DNA of 63,712 nt, the filler included, from Choristocarpus tenellus KU-1152 (lineage: Eukaryota; Protista; Phaeophyceae), in the NCBI GenBank assembly GCA_964200185.2. It is 11 parts of 11 records of this genome, joined end to end, with 100 filler letters (N's around TTAATTAATTAA, not from the genome) between each part and the next. Parts side by side here need not be neighbours in the genome. Positions count along the whole stretch, not along the records: positions 1 to 5,380 come from CAXNAD020010975.1; positions 5,481 to 12,673 come from CAXNAD020006560.1; 9 more parts are not named here. The stretch is one strand, 5' to 3'. A model generated the notes under the pieces. It did not search any database, was not told where the DNA came from, and saw nothing but the letters and a program-made list of their open reading frames with translations. The position numbers were made by a program, and so were the translations under genes. Shown here piece by piece: positions 1 through 11,280 of this stretch (the stretch's first letter is position 1; every line of letters begins with the position of its first letter).

Positions 1-12
1 CTCATGGGGGAG

Positions 13-566
13 TGTGCAATGTAGACTAGTAGAGTGAAAGTATCTTAGAGGGGTACAAGTTTTGCCCTGTTTGTCCGTTTGGGGCTTGGCTTCCCAAGGG
101 GTTTTTTATGACGTAATCCTACTCCAAACTGTTTTGGAGTAGGTAAACTGTATATGTTATGAAAAGTTGTGTCCGAACAAGGCTATTGACACTTCCTAAC
201 AAACACAATAGCCAAAACTAGATCAAAATCGGAACATTGTATTTTGGCCCCCAAATGGACGCAACTCTACCCTCTAAGATACTTTGGCTCAGTAGTCTAT
301 ATGGTTTATAGTCTATAAGTGAATGAAGTAATGTAACTTGAACTTACAAGCGACTGACGTAGTGTAACTTGAACTAATAAGTGACTGACGTAGTGTAACT
401 GTCACAAACATGTTTAAACATATATCTGACGTGTTTGATGACGAATGAATTAGATAACAAGGGAGAGCACCACCCCCCCCACCTTGAGGATAGTGCTCAC
501 TCCACTAATAAACAAATCCATACCACACAAAGCAAATGCTCTACTTGAGTAGCTCTCTTTTGCATA
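13..566 (+). mobile_element. Ty1/copia 3' LTR (291 bp once the inserted MITE and its TSD are removed), preceded by a polypurine tract
   Basis: GGGGGAG lies directly before TGTGCAAT at 13 and the LTR ends TTGCATA at 566. It matches 4758-5048 once 32-294 is removed (554-263=291 bp). Confidence 0.8.
32..290 (+). mobile_element. MITE family A (~258 bp, TIR GAG-N2-AAAGTATCTTAGAGGG), TSD AGTA
   Basis: Terminal inverted repeats, AGTA at 28-31 and 291-294, and the paralogous LTR (about 4768-4781) shows the empty site. Confidence 0.9.
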
Positions 567-859
567 ATGTTTGATGATACAGTATGGCGATGTTGTACAA
601 TGATGTAACTGCTTGCCTGTTTGTTCGTCACTGGCATTCAGGGTAGCGCCCTCAGAGTATTTGACGATGTCCAGGTATTTTGTACCCTCCTCCACATCCT
701 CCCTCAACATGAGGTCCCTTTTCACCTGCGGATTTTATGGGGTCACATTAATGTGCGCGATCAGGGCGTTTATTGTGAGGTGGCTTGATACAAACTAAAA
801 TATGGTGGACAGATGAGATGATGAACCTCACACTCCATTGAGTACCTCCTCGCTGAGGA

Positions 860-1550
860 TGTGTTCTATCGAACGGTAAAGGCCATCAATTTCCAATGCG
901 CGGCAAGACGGTTGGGCGGGTGTGTGTCGATTTGAAACAGTAATCCAGAGCAGGAAAAGATTACGTCGAATCGCGAAAGTGATAGATGAAGATGAAAGAA
1001 ATTTACGCACCGACCCGGGTTAGATGTCTGGAGGGCAACCATGCGCAGGTTTGTGCTTGACATATGGCAGACAGTACCGAATGGATTTGATGTGTTCTGT
1101 CGAACGGTAAAGGCCATCAATTGCCAAAGCGCGGCAAGACGATTGGGGGTGTGCGTGTCGATTTCAAATAAGAGTAACCTGAGCAGGAAAACATTACGTC
1201 GAACCACGAAAGTGATGAATGAAGATGAAAGGAATTTATGCACTGACCCAGATTGGATGTCGGGAGGGCAACCATGCGCAGGTTTGTGCTTGATATATGG
1301 CAGATAGTAATGAATTGACTTAATGTGTTCTGTCGAACGGTAAAGACCATCAAATTCCAAAGCGCAGCAAGACGGTTGGGGGGTGTGTATGTCGATTTGA
1401 AACAAGAATTATGAGCGGGAAAACATTACGTCGAACCGCAGAAGTGAAAGCCTGAATGCACCAGTTTGATACGTACATGTCGATTTTGGAACGTACTTCT
1501 AAGTACAAATTTGATATGTTCTGTCGGTCGGTAGAAGCGATCAAATTCTA
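860..1550. repeat. Degenerate tandem repeat, ~232-bp unit, ~3 copies
   Basis: GTGTTCT(A/G)TCGAACGGTAAAG recurs at about 861, 1093, 1325 and, degenerate, 1516. Confidence 0.85.
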
Positions 1551-1996
1551 AGTTTAGGGTTAGTAGGGTTTTTGGACTAAGAAACCCGTGCGCGATGATA
1601 CCATCATGCGAGTTGTATCAAGATTGCATTGCGACACAATACGAACCTTATCAGAAAGGTTCCAATGGTATCAGAGCCCTTACACATGCGTATCGAAGGT
1701 GTCACCACATCACACTGGACAGACGGATGTTGTAGTGCGCATGTAATTGCATCGTGGAATTTTTCTTCAATTTCGGATCAGTTGTCTGATTACTCCCAAC
1801 ATATGCAACTGCAACCCATGTTCCAATTTCGGAAAAAGGCTCGGTTCGCTGTAATCAATTCAGATGATAGCCGCTGAATTGCAACTACGTCGACATGTTC
1901 GATGCAAGGTGAAATATATCTCTTGGTGGATTGGGATTAGTGTTCAAAATATAGGCAATTTATTTTGGCTAGGGTTAGGGTTGGTATTATGGGTGT

Positions 1997-2250
1997 GGGT
2001 CGAAGTATCTTAGGGGTAGAGCTGCGTCCATGTGGCGGACGAATTCAAATGTTGCATTTTTGCTGTAATTCTTGCCATCATTTTTGTTTGGAGATGCCAA
2101 TGTCCTTTTTCCGGACACTCCTTTCCATAATGTACACGTTGTGCTTCTCCAAAATATTTGTTTGGTAAGTACAATGTCGTTGAACACCCGTGGGCAGCCA
2201 AGCCCAAAGGACAACCAGCGAAAAATTCGTACCCTCTAAGATACTTAGGC
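1997..2250 (-). mobile_element. MITE family A, diverged copy
   Basis: GGGTCGAAGTATCTTAGGGGTAGAG...GTACCCTCTAAGATACTT, the reverse complement of 32-290. Confidence 0.8.
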
Positions 2251-2339
2251 AATATTGACTTCAGGGCTCTCATTGTCAGTGACTGGGGTGGCAGAATATG
2301 GTTTATGAACTGTTTCGATAAAATAAATATAGATGCGTA

Positions 2340-4440
2340 GGTCGTGATTTGATGATAAAACTATTGACAGCTGGTGCGTACACGATGGAATAGGTAATGA
2401 ATACAGGACATCGAATTTGAAAATATAGGTGACACCACCATCTGCAGCTGGTGAGTACGCGGTTATATAAAGGTAACAAATACAGGGCATCGAATTTGAA
2501 AACGTTGGTATTACCACTGCTGACAACTGGTGTGTACACTAACCCAAATGTAATAAATACAGGGCATTGAATGTGAAAAGGTTAGTGACACCACCATTGA
2601 CGGCTGGTGTGTACCCAGTTGTTAAGTAATAAAATACAGGTCATCGAATGTGAAAAGGTTGGTGACACCACTATGGACAGCTGGTGTGTAAACGGTTGTG
2701 AAGGTAATAAATACAGGCATCGAATTTGAAAATGTCGGTATTACCACTGCTGACAGCTGCTGGTGTGTGCACGGCTGTAACGGTAATAAAAACAGGGCAT
2801 CGAATTTGAAAACGTTGGTGTTACCACTGCTGACAACTGGTGTGTACACTAACCAAAATGTAACAAATACAGGGCATTGAATGTGAAACGGTTGGTGACA
2901 CCACCATTGATGGCTGGTGTGTATGCAGTTGTGAAGGTAACAAATACAAGGCATCGAATCTGAAAATGTTGGTGTACCACCATTGACAGTCGATGTGTGC
3001 ACGTCTGTAAAGGTAACAAATACAGGACATCGAATTTGAAAACATTGGTGTTACCACCATTGACAGCTGGTGTGTACACGGTTGTAAAGGTAATAAATAC
3101 AGGTCATCGAATGTGAAATGTTGGTGACACCACCATTGACAGCTTGTGTGTACATGGTTGTAACGGTAACAAATACAGGTCATCGAATGTGAAAACGTTG
3201 GTGACACCACCATTGACAGCCGGTGTGTGCACGGCTGCAACGGTAATAAATACAGGGTATCGAATGTGAAAACGTTGGTGACACCACCATTGACAGCCGG
3301 TGTGTGCACGGCTGCAACGGTAATAAATACAGGGCATCGAATTTGAAAACGTTGGTGACACCACCAATGACAGCTGGTGTGTACATGGTTGTAAAGGTAA
3401 CAAATACAGGGCATCAAAGTAGAAAGTGTTGGTATTACTGCTCCTGACAGCTGGTGTGTATGCAGTTGTGAAGGCAACAAATTCACGGCATCGAATCTGA
3501 AAATGTTGGTGTACCACCATTGACAGTCGATGTGTGCACGTCTGTAAAGGTAACAAATACAGGACATCGAATTTGAAACATTGGTTACACCACCATGACA
3601 GCTGGTGTGTACACGGTTGTAAATGTAACAAATACAGGGCATCGAATTTGAAATCGTTGGTATTACCACTGCTGACGGCTGGTGTGTACAGGTTGTAAAG
3701 GTAATAAATACAGGGCATCGAATTTGAAATGTTGGTGACACCACCATCGACAGCTGTTGTGTACACGGTTGTAAAGGGGCATCGAATTTGAAAACGCTGG
3801 CGTTACCACTGCTGACAGCCGGTGTGCACACTAACCCAAATGTAATAAATACGTAGCATTGAATGTGAAAAGATTGGTGACACCACCAATGACAGCTGGT
3901 GTGTACATGGTTGTAAAGGTAACAAATACAGGGCATCGAAGTAGAAAATATTGGTATTACTACTCCTGACGGCTGATGTGTACGCGGTTGTGAAGGTAAC
4001 AAATACAGGGCATCGAATCTGAAAATGTTGGTGTACCACCATTGATAGTCGATGTGTGCACGTCTGTAAAGGTAACAAATACAGGGCATCGAATTTGAAA
4101 ACGTTGGTGACACCACCATTGACAGCTGGTGTGTGCACGGTTGTAAACGTAACAAATGCAGGGCATCGAATTTGAAAACGTTGGTATATACTACTGCTGA
4201 CGGCTGGTGTGTACAGGTTGTAAAGGTAACAAATTCAGGGCATCGAATTTGAAAACGATAGTGACACCACCATCGACAGCTGTTGTGTACACGATGGTAA
4301 AGGTAAAAAATAGAAGGCATCGAATGTCAAAACGTTCGTGACACCACCATTGACAGCTGGTGTGTACAAGGTTGTAAAGGTAAAACATACGTGGCATTGA
4401 ATGTGAAAATGTTGGTATTGCAACTGCTGACAGCTGCTTG
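2340..4440. repeat. 77-bp minisatellite array, ~27 degenerate units
   Basis: AGGGCATCGAATTTGAAAACGTTGGTGACACCACCATTGACAGCTGGTGTGTAC... repeats with period 77 (e.g. 3177, 3254, 3331, 3408). Confidence 0.95.
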
Positions 4441-4472
4441 GTACAAGCTCCGAATACAAATGAACACGTAAA

Positions 4473-4729
4473 GAGTGAAAGTATCTTAGAGGGTACGAGT
4501 TTTGACCCTGTTTGTCCATTTGGGGCTTGTCTTCCCTCGCGGTTTTATGACGTTTTCCTTCTCCAAAAATATTTCAGAGTAGGTAAAATGGGTACGTTAT
4601 AAAAAGGTGTCTGGAACAAGGATATTGACACTTCCTAACAAACACGATAGCCAAAATTACATCGAAATCACAACATTGGATTTTGGCCTCCAAATGGACG
4701 CGGCCATACCCTGTAAGATACTTTGGCTC
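4473..4729 (+). mobile_element. MITE family A, flanks AAA/AAA
   Basis: Both TIRs present and colinear with 32-290. Confidence 0.9.
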
Positions 4730-4757
4730 AAAATATGTTGAGCAGTGTGGTTGTGTT

Positions 4758-5380
4758 TGTGCAATATAGACTAATAGTCTATACGGTTTATAGTGTAAAA
4801 GTGAATGAAGTAATGTAACTTGAACTTACAAGCGACTGACGTAGTGTAACTTGAACTTATAAGTGACTGACGTAGTGTAACTGTCACAAACATGTTTAAA
4901 CATATCTCTGACGTGTTTGATGACGAACGAATTAGATAACAAGGGAGAGCACCACCCCCCCACCTTGAGGATAGTGCTCACTCCACTAATAAACAAATCC
5001 ATACCACATAAAGCAAAATACTCTATCAGAGTAGCTCTCTTTTGCATAGGTTATGAGCCTCATTGGTATGTAAGCGGACCCCCGTATGCTGCCACTATGG
5101 AGTGGAGCGCGGGGGCATACAAGGGAGAAGTGTGCAGAATGGCGGATGGCGCTGGTGAGCTATGCGGGCGGCAAGAGACTGTACTGCATCCTACAACCAG
5201 TATACCGCATTACTGCACCTCCCACAGCTGATAAATCATTCGAGGAACGCTGCACGTATGATGAATACGTCAGGCATCGCGAAGCCTTGTGGTTCCTGCT
5301 GGGACAGGCCACGAGGGGTGCTGCAGCTATTGTGGTCAGCTTGTATGATCAACACGTACGAGAGGAGGCAGCCCCGACAG
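4758..5380 (+). mobile_element. Ty1/copia 5' end: LTR 4758-5048, PBS GGTTATGAGCC 5049-5059, gag-like ORF running into the gap
   Basis: LTR matches 13-566. The PBS resembles the copia-type GGTTATGGGCC site. The ORF from 5086 (EWRMALVSYAGGKRLYCIL...LWFLLGQAT) is open to the gap. Confidence 0.75.
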
Positions 5381-5480
5381 NNNNNNNNNNNNNNNNNNNN
5401 NNNNNNNNNNNNNNNNNNNNNNNNTTAATTAATTAANNNNNNNNNNNNNNNNNNNNNNNNNNNNNNNNNNNNNNNNNNNN
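5381..5480. other. Artificial 100-nt contig spacer N44-TTAATTAATTAA-N44. Others: 12674-12773, 16931-17030, 20304-20403, 30761-30860, 35268-35367, 38616-38715, 49207-49306, 55315-55414, 59379-59478
   Basis: Identical length each time, with a core giving stops in all six frames. Confidence 0.98.
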
Positions 5481-5499
5481 CCCCCCCACCGCCTCCTTG

Positions 5500-6150
5500 A
5501 TTGCCTCCATGATCCCCCCCTTGGTGTGTAACTTTGCCCCATCCTGATGATACATAAAGATGGCGTGTCCTTTTGGCCTAGGTATGCGGGGCTTGATTGC
5601 CAGAATGACATCCTTGGTCATAACCTTCTTCTATCTCTCCCCGTCCACCGTGGCTGGCACAAGCACCTTGGTGTCCTTGGGGCGGTGTTTGCTGGACTGC
5701 TGAGCAACCTTAGTGTCCACGATTGGCCAGATCCTGATTTTCCCATTGAACCACACCCTGTTGGAGAGCTTCCTAGGGCGGGCCACAGCTGCTGGAACAT
5801 CCCCTTCGTAATGGAATACTTATTCTGTACCTGTGGGGGTTAGGGGGGGTCCTCAGTGGGATGCAGGTACTCACCTTTCCCATCTTCGAGGATGTAAAAC
5901 CACTTCTTGTCCACATGCACACAGTCATCTGGATTGTCCACTAGTACCCCACTGCCCCCCCTCCTGTGCGCGTGGCCGATGATGAAACCCACCCTCTTAA
6001 CTTTCTGCTGGTCTGAGAGGACTGGCTTAATCCACCGCTGGATCTTCTTTACCTTTTCACGCTTGCACAGATCCCGTAAGGTAAGGGAGACCCCAGCTTT
6101 GGCTGCCCATTTGCAGAAGGATGTATGGTATACCGATGAGACATTCCAAA
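5500..6150 (-). pseudogene. Degenerate Tc1/mariner transposase of the plant/oomycete mariner (DD39D-like) type
   Basis: Minus-strand motifs KPVLSDQQKVKRV, CVHVDKKWFY (cf. HVDEKWF), QNKYSITKGMF (cf. KRFITKVMF), FNGKIRIWP (cf. FDGKIGIWP), HQDGAKLH (cf. QQDNAxPH), interrupted by stops and frameshifts. Confidence 0.85.
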
Positions 6151-9100
6151 TGTAAAGGATACTTGTACAGCAGCTACATTGCCCCTTGCGATGTTATGCA
6201 AGGTCCATGCATTCATCCCGTTCGATCTGGCTGTCATACTCCTTCAGATGACGGAATGTGATGATTTGGGAAATTCTGAAGTCCTCCGCAATGGCCACTG
6301 ATGACCCCCGAGGCACCCGAGTCTTGTGCCCTCTTGCCTCCAGGCATCGCACCACCACACTGTTCTTCGTCAGGGTGATTGAGTCCTGACCCCTGACAGA
6401 CTTCTGGGCTGAAGAATTGGGACCAACAGGCGACGATGGGATGAGGAAGCCACTTGAATGACAGGGGGCCTTCGTCCTAGGCATCCCAACAAACATACGC
6501 TTTGACAGATTCACGAGATTTTTGAACCCCGTCAAATGCGACGTGGTTGACTTTGCTCTGATGATTCTCCGCAGTCATGACAGCAACCCATCTCACACGT
6601 TGCACGCCTCCCAATCTAAGTGACAACTAAGCCTCATCCAGAGGGTTTTATCACATTGGTCGTTCCTGGGTGAGAATGGAGCTTACAAAAGTTATGTTAT
6701 ATTTAATTCCGAACGGAGGAAGTACTAGGGATGGAAACCTAGCAGGAGGACTGCCCTAATGAACTTTCTATTTGGCCAAGATCTTCATCTTGCATCTCTC
6801 CTCTGATATCCTGTTTCTTCTTGTCAATGATTCTCCAATGTTGACGTTTTTGTAGGTGGTCTCACTTCTTTGTAAGCTCCTCTAGAATATTCCGTGCACC
6901 CTCCACCTTGTTACCAGTGTCCAGTCTTCGCTCCAAATCCTTGAACAAAAGCTTGTACTCCTGCTCTGTAAGGAGTTGCTCTAGATTTTTAACTTTGGCT
7001 TCAAATTGTCACGATCCTTTCTAGATTTCAATCAAGAGAGGCGATACTAGGGGCAGTCTGCTTTTTGTCTCAACCATTTGGGCTGTAAGTGGCAGATTGC
7101 TCTGGATCGCAGAAGAGGGAAAGGAGCTTGCTTCATCTATCGCTTTGGTAGCTGAGTTGGTACCATGGTGAAGCTCGACAACAGCTGTGGTCACACTTTA
7201 CACCCATTCTAGCCACTGCTTCAGCATGGCACCTAGCTACACCCGATTGGGACAAGGCCGTCCAGTTTTTTACTACTGATGCAAAGTTTGGCCACCAGTT
7301 TAGCCTTTGCTTCCTTCGACTTTTTCGGATCCACCAACTTCCGCTTGTGACCTATTTTTTTAGTTATCCTTCTCTTCAGCTCTGATGAATACCGGGATGA
7401 GTAGTTTTCGTTTCTGTCTCAATAGTAGCACTGTTTTAAATAGGGTTTCGGTTTAGCTGGTGGTACAGTGGAACTAAATAAAAGCTGATGGTATATCAAT
7501 CATTATTCGTATTGTATCGGGATATTTGCATAGTGTTATATGACTCCACTCCGATCACGAACTCGGCAGTACATGGAAATTTCCAATTTGTTGTCATCCA
7601 ACTTGCCTATATGCTTCTGACCATAACGTTGCTCAACAGATGGAGTGTCAGACTGATTGTTCCTCGTATCTGCTGGTATATTTCGGCAATAGGTGAACAA
7701 ACCAGGAAGTCAAAAGGTTGAAAAACCCAAATTCAATTCAATGTACAAAATCTACAACCCTGTCCCCAGGACTAACATTTAGTATGCTTTCCCACCACGT
7801 TATCCTCGATTTTTATCATATGGTTGAGATATACTCTAAAATCAAGTGTTTTTCAGGTCAGACAGATGAAGCAGTGATTGTTGATTTAAGGATATATGCC
7901 AACCCTTCATAGATAGTAATGTTTGGCTCTCATTCCTGGGTCGAACCGTATCATCCTTCAATTTGTTCTTCACCCTTGACCTACCTACATTTTGTTAAGA
8001 AAAATTCACCTAGCAATACATTCTTCAGCGCCCTCCTACTCTCACCTGTCATCCACATCACAAAATTCTCGAAACCTGTTCTATTTTTGCCCACCCCAAT
8101 CTGACTGTCATGTTTCTGCACTATGATGTCCCAAGCACCATTTGGGAATCTACTGCCCAACATTGTAACAGAGGCATTGAGTCGAGGGGTAGGTGCTAGC
8201 ATGAGTGCGAAGGAGATTGAAGGAGCAGTCACATCAGAGCACATAGGCTTCAGTCAGGAGACAAGGACTTATCCAACAGCGACTGCGTTTATATCCCAAG
8301 CCGAGAGCAAAGGGTGGCAAACGGGGGTGCTATTTGTGGAAGATGCAGTCAGAGTGAGGGTTCGCCTCTCATACTTCGGGACAACAACATGTGCCACTAC
8401 TGAAAGATCGGGTTGATACTTTTAGTAAGAACTTGGGCTATATGTTGTGATGTAGATTAGGATAGAGCTCACTTGTGAGAGTAATCTCTCTGTTTTGATT
8501 AGGGTACTTTGTGGTGTGACAATTTTGTGGCCTGTGATTCTCTTTGTTTTGGATTTTTGTTGCATTTCTGATATGTTGGAGAATGTGGTATGACCTACTA
8601 ATAGGTGTTCCGTCCAGGCACTTCTTCCCACCACTTCCGCCGTAGCCTTCGTCAGTTTTGTCCCTCCTGTTCTCCGCCTATACCTCTAAAGCCATTATAA
8701 TAGGAGTCCTAGTGTAGGGGTGGATTGAGCTCTCAGCGATGGGGGTGATGAAAACAACTAGACATTACGGTTGGGAAGGAAGTGAAATAGGGGATTAATC
8801 GTGTACCAACACCTCTGAACTCAAGTGAAATGAAACAGAACGGAATAGAAAGAACCTCAGACCAGAATAGATGGTATGGACCTCCAGATGATGACATCAG
8901 GATCTGCAAAATGATCAGTCAGCATGGAATGAATCCTCAATCCCGACTAGTTTTCTTTGTTGTTCAGCCAGATCGAGATGTTTGTCTGGGTTGTTCACTG
9001 TTCACTTCAACAGCCACAACGGCAAAATATGTTCAAACCACTCAGGACAACAATTGAAATGTCAGTAGTGGTGATCAACCATAGGTTTCCAACCCCATGG

Positions 9101-9989
9101 AACACTGTTCCATGGTTGTGAGATCGTCAGTCCAACAAACACCAATCCACCTTATGAAAATCTGTTTGATGGGTGGAAAGTGTGGTGAGAGTGGCTTGGA
9201 TTGCCTCCCTCCTTTAGCCCTGGGGTACAGTGTAAAAGCTGGTTGGAAGAGTCACCATCTCACACATCTCACTCACTCCTTAAACAGAGAGGATATATTT
9301 GGACTATGAATATATCTGTATGCACATTTGTGAAGTCTTGAAAAATGCGCAAGGTTATGAAACTTACACTTGTGCCTTGAAAGGAAGGACCAACCTTTTT
9401 AACATTCTTACACGACCACCTGGCCAATACCGATGCTGTAGTCTTCAAGAATTATCGGTGCTGCTTCCACTCTATCACTCTTGGAATCGAATTAGACTTG
9501 ACTCCTCAATCTTCAGACTCTGATGACAGCACATCAGGCCGGTAACCCACTAATATAAGAAGAATTATCACAGAGACCAATCCACAAGGAAGATTTCACA
9601 AGTAGAGGAGACTGGACTGCGCCCATTAGAGGTGTATTCGGGTGGTGGTAGCTTAACTTCTTCGGCTTATATTAGAGTAGACGCTCTTCTTTTGCGGCCA
9701 ATGTCTTGTCCAATGACTCTTACATTAGGAGCGCCTAACTAATTATTCTCCTGATTTAGTGGTACCAGTAGTTTCGCCCTCTGAGGTTGTCCCACCATAG
9801 CTTTTGATGTAGACATCGGATTTAAAAAAAAGAAGCATATTCGTGATGCCCGTCACAAGGCCCTCCAGAGTACAGGCTTCGTTTTTTCGCCATTTTTTTC
9901 TTTTTTTGAAGAGAGAGCGCTCATATTAGGGTTCGAACCCTGGATTGTAGGTTACTGAGTGTGGCAACAGATGCACTAATACTTGAGTA

Positions 9990-11280
9990 AAGTTTAGGCG
10001 GGAAAAACGCCTCCCCGCCCTTTCTTCCTGTGTGTTCGCACATCCACTCTTTGACCTCTGCAAGGATGTCCTCGTGGAGGTCCAGAATAAAACATTTCTC
10101 GTAGTGTCCTTGCTCCGACACCTTTATTTGGCCCTTAGTTAGGAAGTCTCTTTCCCATTTACTCACAGTTTCCGACCTGACCATCGCATATCCTGCTGCC
10201 ATCTCAGCGCCTTTTGATAGTCTTTCCCATTTTTCATACACAGGTACAGAATTCGCAGTGTTAGAGCCTTTACTATCACATTTCCTTGTTGAGTGCCGGA
10301 ATGGGTGTCATCCATGTTTCCTGGGTGGTTGATATTTTATCAAGGCGCAAGGGCAAGGGAGGACAGACATGAGTTGATCGAAAATTGTGTTGAATTCTCG
10401 AATGAGTGCAGGCGGGGAGAAAACCTTAATCAACTTTATACCTCCAACCCTAAGCCCAGGAACAAACGTGAATGTACGGTATCTTGCAAATAAGTGGGAG
10501 ACACCAAACCATTGGTGTGCAAATAGTCTCAATCTCACCTCTTCTTCCCTGGTGTCCTCGTCGATAGCTACCTCAACCTTCTTTGCGACCTCTTCTAAGT
10601 AAAGGATTTGGTGATATCCGAAATGCTCCACAGCTACCTTTGTTATGATCGCTTTCTCCTCTGCCTTGCGAGCCCTTTTGACCTCCTTTCGGGCTTTAGA
10701 GCCCTTGTACCCCAACCCTGACACCTTCTTTCTCGTTTCCTTAAGCCACTCCGGCTCACATAGCTTCCAAACAGCCAGGGCCTGCTGCAACTGTGGACTA
10801 CTAAGATATTCTACACCCAGTTTTTCGCTTAGGCATTTCCTGAGCTCAATGGCACACAGTCGCACAGCTCTCTTTCCCAACCTTCCCTTCAGGTGACCGC
10901 CCTGGTTCTCCCTTTGCCTGCTGTGACCAGGCTACCCCACAGACTTCGTCCCTGTACCACCTGGTGATGGACTCGCCACTCTCTTCCTGAATTTCCAAGG
11001 CAGCAGAGACTGCAGAGCAGTGCTCCGACGTGGTTGAAGATCCAACCATGTTTGTGTGGTAATGCTTTCCATGCATCTTCTCTCAGCATCAATGTTGCGG
11101 CCCCGTGATCCATTTCGCGATTTGATTATGCTGCTGTGCCACAGTACAAGCACTTTCTCGTCACCTTACATTGCACTGAGTGTCACGCGGTACTTTCTGT
11201 CACCTCTCGACAGAGAAGGTGCCGAGGGCAGATCCAGGGGGCAGAGTGACCACGTCGGCTCTCCTTGCCTCACCATCGTG
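9990..11280 (-). pseudogene. Fragmented coding relic, probably the N-terminal half of a transposase
   Basis: Successive broken ORFs (10889-11113, 10308-10880, 9921-10241). TVSKWERDFLTKGQIKVSEQGHYEK...LDLHEDILAEVKEW looks like an HTH-linker segment of DDE transposases. No catalytic core seen. Confidence 0.4.

Noticed and set aside
2340-4440. CRISPR array or genuine 499-aa repeat protein
   Set aside because: No unique spacers, divergence is spread across the whole unit, no cas genes, and the unit length is not a multiple of 3.
1997-4729. Composite transposon of two inverted family A MITEs carrying the satellite
   Set aside because: The outer flanks (GTGT and AAAA) are not a TSD, and the right copy has its own AAA flanks.
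13-5048. One LTR element enclosing the satellites
   Set aside because: The PPT precedes the left LTR and the PBS follows the right LTR, the reverse of a single element.
5425-5436. TTAATTAATTAA as a biological motif
   Set aside because: Always centred in identical N blocks; it is an artificial six-frame stop linker.
8123-8416. 97-aa ORF as a gene or terminal exon
   Set aside because: No recognisable family and no partner exons found.
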